A stretch of 64,000 nucleotides of DNA. Source: an uncultured Acidobacteriaceae bacterium. Lineage in GTDB: Bacteria > Acidobacteriota > Terriglobia > Terriglobales > Acidobacteriaceae. Positions 56,758 to 64,000 of this stretch are shown here, one piece after another. The first letter of the stretch is position 1. Every line of letters starts with the position of its first letter. Position numbers and translations under genes: made by a program. Below the pieces are notes generated by a model. The model did no database searches. It was not told the DNA's origin and was given only the letters and a program-made list of their open reading frames with translations. The DNA lies in assembly GCA_963832015.1 (NCBI GenBank), contig CAWHSR010000003.1:35717-99716 (forward strand), read 5' to 3'.

Positions 56758-57048
56758 CTGTTGCTCGACACCGGGAATTGGTCCGGTGGTGAGACCAGTG
56801 GTGGTTGACGTTTGTTGGGTGTAGTGGAAAACGCGCCAAATTGTCGGGCTCCGGAAGTTCCCGCAGCGGATCGAACACCGCGGTGGAGGACTGAGGAGTC
56901 TTTTCCTTTTTTGGAGTACTTCTTCTGCACATCGTAGACGCAACCCGAAAGTTCTATCGGCTTCTTTGAGGGGGACTTCAATCGACCGGGGCGACGATCG
57001 AGAAAGCCGGAGAATAATTCTTAGCGATTGGTGAAAGGAGTTTTTTCC

Positions 57049-57252
57049 GTGAGAGAGAAAGGTACAGTGAAGTGGTTCAACGGAGCGAAAGGATATGGAT
57101 TCATCCAGCGCTCCACTGGGGAAGATGTATTCGTGCACTTCTCCGCCATCCAGGAGAACGGCTATCGCACCCTGAATGAGGGCGAGACCGTGGAGTTTGA
57201 CCTGCTGAAAGGCCCGAAGGGCTTTCAAGCGGCAAACGTCGTCCGCGCATAA
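57049..57252 (+). CDS. cold-shock protein (CspA family)
   Basis: [15 protein letters not shown] (RNP1) and DVFVHFS (RNP2). GTG start 8 nt after aaaggag. Confidence 0.9.
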   Translation: MREKGTVKWFNGAKGYGFIQRSTGEDVFVHFSAIQENGYRTLNEGETVEFDLLKGPKGFQAANVVRA

Positions 57253-57273
57253 AACCTGCGAACCATTTGAGAA

Positions 57274-57305
57274 CCCTCCCGGTCCCAGCGGGAGGGTTTT
57301 TTATT
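57274..57305 (+). terminator. rho-independent terminator after csp
   Basis: ccctcccg (57274-57281) / cgggaggg (57289-57296), loop gtcccag, then ttttttatt. Confidence 0.85.
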
Positions 57306-57350
57306 GCTGCCTCCATTTCCTATTGCTATCCAATGCAAAGGTGATGGGCT

Positions 57351-57369
57351 CCTATTGGATCTCAATAGG
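57351..57369. promoter_or_regulatory. palindromic operator candidate cctattg-gatct-caatagg at the PadR gene start
   Basis: 7-bp perfect arms with a 5-nt spacer. A second partial copy, cctattgctatccaat, lies at 57319-57334. Confidence 0.4.
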
Positions 57370-57719
57370 AGAGATACGTTCGGCGACAACGACGTTTGGC
57401 AGGGCACTGTGGCCGTGCTGATGCTCAGGACGCTTGAGTCCATGGGCGAACTCCATGGATATGGCATTGCCCGCCGCATCGAGCAAATCAGCGGCGACCG
57501 GCTGATCGTCCCGTACGGAACGCTCTATCCCTCGCTCCTCCGCCTCGAGCAGGAAGGTTACATCTCCTCGGAGTGGGGCCTCTCCGACAACAACCGCGCG
57601 CCCGCTTCTATAAACTCACGCGGGCCGGACGCCGCCAGGTCGAGAAAGAATCGCAGTGCTGGGAGAAGGCGACCGCCATCCTTGCACGCTTCGTCTCGCC
57701 CAACGAGGAGCCGCTATGA
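57355..57719 (+). CDS. PadR-family transcriptional regulator (Acidobacterial type), one-base frame break within 57594-57604
   Basis: LRTLESMGELHGYGIARRIEQISGDRL...GTLYPSLLRLEQEGYISSEWG. Adding one C in ccgcgcgcc gives NNRRARFYKLTRAGRRQVEKE...stop. The stop overlaps the permease ATG (ATGA). Start (TTG 57355) is tentative. Confidence 0.75.
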
Positions 57720-58620
57720 GAAGACTCCGTGCCTGGCTGCTGCGCCTCTGGGGACTTCCCCATCAGAAGCTCCAGGACCAGCAGTTCGCTGAAGAGATTG
57801 AATCGCATCTCCAGATGCACATGGCTGACAATCTCCGCTCCGGCATGGATCCCGAGCGTGCCCGCCGCGAAGCTCTCCTCAAGTTAGGTGGAATCGAAAG
57901 GATCACGCAGGCCTATCGCGAAGGACAAACCCTTCCCTTCGTCGAAACCCTGTGGCAAGACCTGCGCTACACGTTTCGCCAGCTGCGCAAGAATCCTGCG
58001 TTCGCCATCACCGCGATCCTTGTGCTCACGCTCGGAATCGGCGCTACAGTCGGCATCTTTGCCTTCGCGGACGCCGCGCTCATCAAGCCTCTACCCTATT
58101 GCGAGCCCACGCGACTGGCCGTCATCTTCGGGAGCATTCCTCTCGGTCCACACTTTCCCCACTCCTTTCCCGACTATTACGATTTCAAGAAGCTCAACCA
58201 GGTCTTCAGTTCGTTCGAAGTCTATGACTCGAACGGATTCATGCTGGCGACGCCCACCGGAGCGCAACTGGCTCCGGGCACGCGTGTGAGTGCTGGATTG
58301 TTTCGCACGCTCGGGGTCGCTCCCATCCTGGGGCGCGACTTTGCTCCAGGGAAGACAAGCCCTCCGCCGCGCGCACCGTGATGCTGAGCTACGCCGCCTG
58401 GCAGACGCGTTATGGCAAGCGCGCGGATGTGATCGGCCAGACCGTTACGCTCGACGGGAATCCGAACACGATCGTCGGAGTGCTGCCCAGAGACTTCCAA
58501 TTCGCACCAGCTGAGCCCGCCGAATTTTGGACCGCTGAACACGACGAGAGCGACTGCCGCGGTCGCCACTGGCTCTTCGGCCTCGCGCGTCTCAAAGACG
58601 GCGTCACCCTGGATTTACCC
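57716..58620 (+). pseudogene. ADOP-family permease, N-terminal about 300 codons only, frame break at the GGG run 58349-58351, truncated
   Basis: MRRLRAWLLRLWG...DLRYTFRQLRKNPAFAITAILVLTLGIGATVGIFA...; continues as EDKPSAARTVMLSYAAWQTRYG...LFGLARLKDGVTL, then similarity stops. Intact paralogs in this window are 823-827 aa. Confidence 0.7.
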
Positions 58621-58675
58621 AGACACCGATCGTGCAATGGTGGATTCAGGAAGCAAAAGACGCTGGCAGTAGTGA

Positions 58676-58882
58676 CGACTGCGGCTAACTTACGCCGCCG
58701 CCTATGTCAGCCTGTCCGTTCGGGCATGTGATATTTGGTTCTGTTTCCAGTTTCCGAGTTCGGCAACCTACTACGCACCTCTCGCTCCGGGAACGTACCA
58801 CGTCACTTTTGAGGCCACGCAGTTCACAACCTTTGATCACCTGACGAAGACCACGACCGCGACCATTAATGTGACGCCGTAG
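58676..58882 (+). pseudogene. possible beta-sandwich / Ig-like C-terminal gene fragment without start codon
   Basis: Open frame ...YAPLAPGTYHVTFEATQFTTFDHLTKTTTATINVTP-stop, with stops immediately upstream. Lies in the scar after the truncated permease. Confidence 0.3.
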
Positions 58883-58908
58883 ATCGGTGGAATCTGATTC
58901 TGAGTAGA

Positions 58909-61701
58909 ATGGTCTGTTCTCATCACCTACAGTGGGCGAAGATGGTCACTTTGACACCGTGCGGAACGGATTCTCGCGTCAGCTTTGATTGCCGGACTCT
59001 TCCCGATTCGTACAACTCGTGTCGACTGTTGCTGTGCTGCCTGTTGTTCTTGTTTATTTTCGGAGCGGCCGACTTGGTGCTGGCCCAAGACAAGCCTGTA
59101 CCGCCCGGCCAGGCATCCACAGATGCCCGCGGATTCGCGGCGGGGGCACCGAAGCGTCTTGTGCTGGTGGACGTAATTGCGACGGGCGTGCAGGGCCATC
59201 CCGTTACAGGTCTGACTGAAGACGACTTCCAGATCGTTGAGAAGGTCGGATGGGCCACGCAGGTTCCCCAGAAAATTGAATCGTTCCGAGTAGTGGACAC
59301 GACCCGCTTACGGAATATGACGCAACCGCGCGAATTCTTGCGCACTCCCACTGAAACGCGGGGAGATCTGAGAGCGGACCGCGAACCCTCAGCGCCGCTG
59401 ACGATTCTGCTGCTCGATAATCTCAATACAGATCTGTTTGCGCCTTCCGTGAAGGAACAAGTTGCCAGCATGGCCAGTCTGGGCTGCGAAGACAGCAGCG
59501 CAGAGATCGAAGGGCCTGCCGGCTATCAGGCTGTTCCAATTGATGCCACGTGCAGGACCGTGCCGATTGCAGTCCTGCTCCTCGGTCGAAGACTCGAAAT
59601 GCTGCAGGACTTCGACGCCGACCGCAACGTCTTGCGAGCCACGTTGGATCAAGTCTTTGGAGTCAAGTCCTCGAAGACGGCGGCAGCGGAGTTGGCAGCG
59701 GCGGTGGCAGCGAACGAGAGTCTCGCACCGGCGAATCAACCTTCGCCGTCGCCGGTGATTCAGACTTGGAGTCGCGTTCCCACGATTGGCAACGATCGGG
59801 TTCGGCGCGTGCAGATGACGATGGATGCGATACGTGCGATTGCGCGACATTTAGCGGGCTATCCCGGGCGCAAAAGGCTGATCTGGGTATCGACCGCGTT
59901 CCCGTTCGGCATTGCTCCCAATCCCCGTGCCGGCCCTTTCGACGATCCGTGGAGCTATCGCGGCCAGGCTGCGACGGTGATGAATGCGCTGGCGAACGCG
60001 CGGGTGTCGCTGTATCCGGCGCGGCCCGGGCTGATTTCGATTCAACAAGACAGTGCAAACACCCGGCGGACCGACGGCCGACCTGCCATTGCGGTCATGC
60101 CGGTACAGGCCAGCACGGACTACGCGACCGTGCCTATGCAGGAATTCGCGGGACAGACAGGGGGGGTGGCTTGTCTCGACGACACGTATCTCGCTACCTG
60201 TTTCGACCGGGTCTTACACGATGGGCTGGTCGATTACGAAATCACGTACTCTCCTCCTTCTGAGAATTGGAGTGAAGGGTTTCATCGCATCGAGATCAGG
60301 ACGCCAAGACGCGATGTGAGTCTGTCGTACCGGCGGTACTACTATGTGCGCGGCGAACGGCGTTCTGGTCCGGACATGGGGCTGAAACAGGCAGCTTGTG
60401 ACGACCTGATGACCGCGACTTCACTCAAGTTGACCGCCCAGCTTCAGGCCGCTCCACTCGAGCCTGCGAAGTTTGCTCTGGCGGTGGACGGAAAGCTGCT
60501 GACAGCAGATGCGTTGGAAGACAATCGAGCGAGACTTCGTTTGCATCTTGAATTCGGCGTGTGTGCCATCGATGAGCAGGGAAGACCGCTGCGCCATGTG
60601 CAATACCCCACGCAGCAGGAGATGAGCGCTCAGGAGTTCAAAAACGTCCAGCGCAGCGGAGTCCGGCGCCTGCTCGAGTTTCAGCCGGCCGAAGGAACCA
60701 AGCTTGTGCGCTGGGTGGTGCGTGATTCGCTGAGCGGCCGATTGGGTTCGGTCGATCTGCCCTATCAGGCGCTGCCTGTCAATGCTGCCGCCGACACCGC
60801 CGAAGACGGTGGGAAGACGGATCATCCCGCTTCCCCCGAGCCTTCCAGTGCTTCCACGGAACAGAGCACCGTTCCACAACAGGCGGGGGCTTCTGGCTCA
60901 ACCAGCGCCGAGGTGGATCGTCCGCCTGATGAGCCAGACTCCGAGATCAACCCTTACTGCGCGGCCGTCACGAATGGAGTCGCACATTCCCAGGCGCTGG
61001 CTGAGCTTTGCCGGTTTACGCTGTCCTTGCCGCGGAAGATGCCCAACGTCTTTAGCGATCTGGAGACCAAGCGCAACTGGCGCGCGTACAACACCGCGCA
61101 CAAAGACGTTGTGACGGCGACAGTGACTTACGCGGACGGCCTGGAGCATTACGACAGGATCAAGATTAACGGGAGTCCCGCGGATGCTTCCTCTGATGCC
61201 TTGAACAGTAGTTGGTCCATGGGCGAGTTTGCCTCGATTCTACAAATGGTCTTCTCACCCACGAGCGATGTGGAGTTCCACTTCAGCGGGGAAGTGAAGC
61301 TGAACTCGATCCCGGCGCTGCTTTTTGAGTTTCGGGTCGAGCAAACGAATAACCAGATGTACTACGTGCAGGCGTTTTACCCGAACGGATCGGGCACGAC
61401 ACTGTTTCCGGCTTACCGCGGGAAGGTCTGGCTGAACCAGTCCAACTTCCAATTGATGCGGATGGAGAAAGAGACTGCCGACATGCCGAAATGGTTTCCC
61501 ATCACGCGTGCCAAAACCGTGATCGATTATGCCGACGTGCCATTGGGCGATGGGAGCAGCTTTGTGTTGCCGGGCAAGTCCGAAATTGAAATCTGCGAAA
61601 GAGCGGAAGGGTCTGAGTGTGCACACAACGTGGTGCGGTTCAGGAATTGGCACAAGTTCCGGGCAAAGACTCGCATCTTGTCGATAGAAGAACCTCGCTG
61701 A
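58909..61701 (+). CDS. VWFA-related Acidobacterial-domain protein with long C-terminal extension ending in a LolA-like domain
   Basis: Signal-like CRLLLCCLLFLFIFGAADLVLAQ (alternative ATG at 58942). N-terminal KRLVLVDVIATG..GHPVTGLTEDDFQIVE...ILLLDNLNT...RKRLIWVST pattern. Ser/Pro-rich linker about 60790-60940. C-terminal about 260 aa described in the findings. Confidence 0.7.
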   Translation: MVCSHHLQWAKMVTLTPCGTDSRVSFDCRTLPDSYNSCRLLLCCLLFLFIFGAADLVLAQDKPVPPGQASTDARGFAAGAPKRLVLVDVIATGVQGHPVTGLTEDDFQIVEKVGWATQVPQKIESFRVVDTTRLRNMTQPREFLRTPTETRGDLRADREPSAPLTILLLDNLNTDLFAPSVKEQVASMASLGCEDSSAEIEGPAGYQAVPIDATCRTVPIAVLLLGRRLEMLQDFDADRNVLRATLDQVFGVKSSKTAAAELAAAVAANESLAPANQPSPSPVIQTWSRVPTIGNDRVRRVQMTMDAIRAIARHLAGYPGRKRLIWVSTAFPFGIAPNPRAGPFDDPWSYRGQAATVMNALANARVSLYPARPGLISIQQDSANTRRTDGRPAIAVMPVQASTDYATVPMQEFAGQTGGVACLDDTYLATCFDRVLHDGLVDYEITYSPPSENWSEGFHRIEIRTPRRDVSLSYRRYYYVRGERRSGPDMGLKQAACDDLMTATSLKLTAQLQAAPLEPAKFALAVDGKLLTADALEDNRARLRLHLEFGVCAIDEQGRPLRHVQYPTQQEMSAQEFKNVQRSGVRRLLEFQPAEGTKLVRWVVRDSLSGRLGSVDLPYQALPVNAAADTAEDGGKTDHPASPEPSSASTEQSTVPQQAGASGSTSAEVDRPPDEPDSEINPYCAAVTNGVAHSQALAELCRFTLSLPRKMPNVFSDLETKRNWRAYNTAHKDVVTATVTYADGLEHYDRIKINGSPADASSDALNSSWSMGEFASILQMVFSPTSDVEFHFSGEVKLNSIPALLFEFRVEQTNNQMYYVQAFYPNGSGTTLFPAYRGKVWLNQSNFQLMRMEKETADMPKWFPITRAKTVIDYADVPLGDGSSFVLPGKSEIEICERAEGSECAHNVVRFRNWHKFRAKTRILSIEEPR

Positions 61702-61746
61702 CCGTTCAGTTCATCTGCTGTATCTCGCCGATCCGGCGGACAGTCT

Positions 61747-63831
61747 TCAGCGCATTTCCAGCGAGACCACGTCGCCGTTCGTCGAGCCGCCGGGCTTGTA
61801 ATTCACCGTGACCTGGCGGTCATGCCAGTCGCAGGAGAAATCGTCGGCGCCGATCAGGACCAGCGATTTGAAATCGGGTGCGCGCAACTTCATCACGGTA
61901 CCGTTGGCGGTGACCGTCAAGATTGCTGCGGGGGCCTGAGTGCAGTCCACCGAGTCGAGGCGGCCTTTGACGAATTTTGCGGGACGATGGTCGCCGGGCG
62001 CGGTAGCGGAATTTTCGCCGGCAGCCCGCTTGGCGGCGTCTTCCTCGAGCACATCGAATGGCGACTTCTGGGGCGCAAGTTTGGATTGTGGCGTGCCTCC
62101 GAGCGGGATGCCGTATTTGCGTTCGCCGCTGGCCCGCTCCGTGAGGTCGTGGGCCAGTGTCACGATCTGCGAATTACTGCTGGCGTTCAGGCGGTCGAGC
62201 AGGACCTGGGCGGCGTCCCACTTTTTACTGGCCACATAAATCTGCGCCAGATGGTATGTGTACAGTTCATTGCGCGGACTCAGATTGATGGCGGCGTGCT
62301 CCGCCTGCATGGCGGCGGGTGTGCTGCCGCCCTCGTTGCGGGCGACCGCCAGCAGGTCGTAGGCGTCGGCCATTTCCGGATACCACTCCAGCACGGCGCG
62401 CAGTTCGAGCATCATGTTGGGCAAGCCCTGAATGTCGGCGTGCTTCGCCTGCGCAACGCGGTATTTCAGCACCGACATGTAATAGCGTAGCCACATGTCG
62501 CGCTGGTTGAGCGCGCCCGCGTCGGCGAGTTCGGCGGTGGCTTCGTCGAATTCGCCGCGCTGGATGTGGTCCCATGCGAGGATGCGGTGGGCGAGCGGAC
62601 TACCGATCGCGTTGGTGGGAAGGAGATCGGGGTCCTCCCCCGGTCTCCTCTCTTCTTTTTTGGATTCGAACTTCTTGTCGGACGCTGTCGGTGCTGTAGC
62701 CAGCGCGTGCAAAGCTTGCAAGCCGACGTCGCGGCGTTCGGGAATCCGGATTTCCACTTCGGCATAGAGAGCGCGTTCATCGGCTTCGGGCAGAGGCTGA
62801 GTCGTGATGGTCGCGTCATCCGGCCCCACGGGAGCCGGAAATCGGTACATCTGAGAGGAATCAGCGAAGCTGGCGGTGTTGGAATTGGTTTGTCGCGCAG
62901 CAGCGAGGGCAGTGATCAGCGTGGTCTGCGCGTGGAAATAATCCTTCACCGCCTGTTCCAGTTGCGCGGAACTCATACCGAAGGCTTGCTGAATGGCGTC
63001 TTCCACGGGGACATGCTGATTGAGGACGAGGTTGAAGAACGCCCCGGTTTCGGGCAGTTTTTTCTCGTGAAGCAGGTAGTGCATCACGATCCACGACTCG
63101 GCATAGTACAGCGTGTGGTGCGTGCCCTGGTTGCGCGTCGAAGTGTCATGCTTCATCGCGAAGAGGTCCGTTAGGGGCAGCCAGACCTGGGCTCCGAGTA
63201 ATTCAGTGAGCGACTTGGGCGGATTCGTCTCGCGCTGGTTGCCAAGCAAATCCTCTTTGAGAGACGGACTGAGCTCGGGATCGCCGCCGATCTCGACCGT
63301 TTTGTTGTCAACGCGAATCGAGCTGAAATATTCGGCGAGACCTTCGTCGAACCATCCCTGTGCGGGCGGATAATTGAAGTTCAGCAGCATTCCGGCGAAG
63401 TCATGCGCGACGGCGCGCCACGGCTCGTCTTCGAAGAGGTTGAGGACGATGAAGTCCTGATCATCGCCGGGGAGAAAGAATCCGGGGACGTCGATGGGCT
63501 GGCCCTGGCGCAGGGGCGCGAGTTGGTAATAGGACTTGTCGTTCTTGAAGGCGAGAATGGTTAGGGGCACGGACTGGTTGAGGTGTTCTTTGCCCAGCAG
63601 CAGGGCGAAGACGGCGCGCATCTGCTCGAAACGGAGGGCAACTTCACGGCCCTTCTTTTCGCCAGCATCGGTGATCACGGTGAAGTGGGTGGAGTGAACC
63701 TCGAGCCACGGGGGCTCGGCGGAAAACGAGCGAGGGCACAGCAGCAGGCCCAGAACAGCAGCGCAAAGGGATAAAGCGAGCCTGTGAGAAGGGCCTGTCA
63801 TCGGTGTTGTGAAGCGTACACGAAGCGTCAC
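61747..63831 (-). CDS. secreted protein with N-terminal DUF1570-like (putative MA-clan peptidase-like) region and TPR-like helical repeats, hypothetical
   Basis: Signal peptide (probably from the M at 63801: MTGPSHRLALSLCAAVLGLLLC). W.EV.S.HF.V.TD N-terminal pattern. Helical repeat middle and a small beta C-domain. Family call weak. Confidence 0.5.
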   Translation of the reverse strand: MTLRVRFTTPMTGPSHRLALSLCAAVLGLLLCPRSFSAEPPWLEVHSTHFTVITDAGEKKGREVALRFEQMRAVFALLLGKEHLNQSVPLTILAFKNDKSYYQLAPLRQGQPIDVPGFFLPGDDQDFIVLNLFEDEPWRAVAHDFAGMLLNFNYPPAQGWFDEGLAEYFSSIRVDNKTVEIGGDPELSPSLKEDLLGNQRETNPPKSLTELLGAQVWLPLTDLFAMKHDTSTRNQGTHHTLYYAESWIVMHYLLHEKKLPETGAFFNLVLNQHVPVEDAIQQAFGMSSAQLEQAVKDYFHAQTTLITALAAARQTNSNTASFADSSQMYRFPAPVGPDDATITTQPLPEADERALYAEVEIRIPERRDVGLQALHALATAPTASDKKFESKKEERRPGEDPDLLPTNAIGSPLAHRILAWDHIQRGEFDEATAELADAGALNQRDMWLRYYMSVLKYRVAQAKHADIQGLPNMMLELRAVLEWYPEMADAYDLLAVARNEGGSTPAAMQAEHAAINLSPRNELYTYHLAQIYVASKKWDAAQVLLDRLNASSNSQIVTLAHDLTERASGERKYGIPLGGTPQSKLAPQKSPFDVLEEDAAKRAAGENSATAPGDHRPAKFVKGRLDSVDCTQAPAAILTVTANGTVMKLRAPDFKSLVLIGADDFSCDWHDRQVTVNYKPGGSTNGDVVSLEMR

Positions 63832-63893
63832 CTAGCGAAAGTTTAGCACCGGAGCGGAGGCCGATGGCACGTGCCGGTATAATTCCTCGGTTC

Positions 63894-64000
63894 ATGTCGA
63901 ACTCCCCCAGAAGTCGGTTCCAGGCCCTGTTTCTGTCGGCAATCCTGTTGGCATCTCTGGCAGCCCTCGCTGCTTCTGGAGCATCGTGGAACGGCGTCTT
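63894..64000 (+). CDS. 5-prime partial ORF encoding a signal-peptide-like N-terminus (runs off window end)
   Basis: MSNSPRSRFQALFLSAILLASLAALAASGASWNGV... Only 35 codons are visible. Confidence 0.3.
   Translation, partial: MSNSPRSRFQALFLSAILLASLAALAASGASWNGV

Noticed and set aside
56719-57228. A 169-aa minus-strand ORF covering the csp leader and gene.
   Set aside because: It is antisense to an unmistakable cold-shock gene and its promoter-leader region, has no recognisable domain, and its composition is atypical for coding sequence in this genome.

Overview
GC-rich 64-kb chromosomal segment. By recognition rather than database search, the content points to a soil Acidobacteria (Terriglobia-type) genome. 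The markers are three ADOP-type duplicated FtsX permeases, an Acidobacterial-type PadR partner, two TIGR03435-type domains (one fused to a BlaR1/M56 sensor-protease under a BlaI repressor), a VWFA-related Acidobacterial-domain protein, and several intergenic palindromic repeat families. Gene order, first part: 3-prime part of infB, DUF503, rbfA, a DHH/NrnA-like phosphoesterase and a GT39 glycosyltransferase. These are followed by a four-subunit 2-oxoacid:ferredoxin oxidoreductase operon, a GNAT, an M24 aminopeptidase with two small membrane proteins, a DUF1624 acyltransferase and an AlkD-like protein. POT and OPT peptide transporters then flank a yggS...DUF167 cluster. Second part: an ISNCY-like insertion sequence, an ankyrin protein, DUF4242, a roughly 1,080-aa Ser/Thr kinase-NTPase-TPR protein and OsmC. 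Next come a zinc-ribbon ORF, comF, an HNH endonuclease and a four-helix-bundle (23S rRNA IVS-type) gene; comF, HNH and the four-helix-bundle gene each end in the same periodic repeat. After that: a LolA-like secreted protein, an S9 peptidase bracketed by MITE-like palindromes, a DUF2157/GDYXXLXY pair, the blaI-blaR1::TIGR03435-TIGR03435 module, a Tat-signal amidase, NIF3 and two tandem orphan ADOP permeases. Third part: a repeat desert with a Y1-transposase remnant, and an AraC regulator with an in-frame TAA next to an exported DUF3604-DUF1254/1214-PPIase-HupE cluster. The window closes with FKBP, a receiver, YihY, a csp gene with a near-consensus promoter and long leader, a decayed PadR-ADOP pair, a 930-aa VWFA protein and a TPR protein. 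I found no rRNA, tRNA or CRISPR array by eye. About 14 frame breaks interrupt otherwise intact genes, including essential infB, and several lie in short homopolymers or GC runs. This looks more like consensus indel error than pseudogenisation, so all frame-broken calls are given as single genes with the break position noted. The most interesting biology is the BlaI/BlaR1-TIGR03435 sensor module with a free paralog. Also of interest are the word-periodic hairpin repeats, including a four-helix-bundle gene nested between 37-nt inverted copies, the exported DUF3604-HupE cluster, and a LolA-like domain shared by two secreted proteins.
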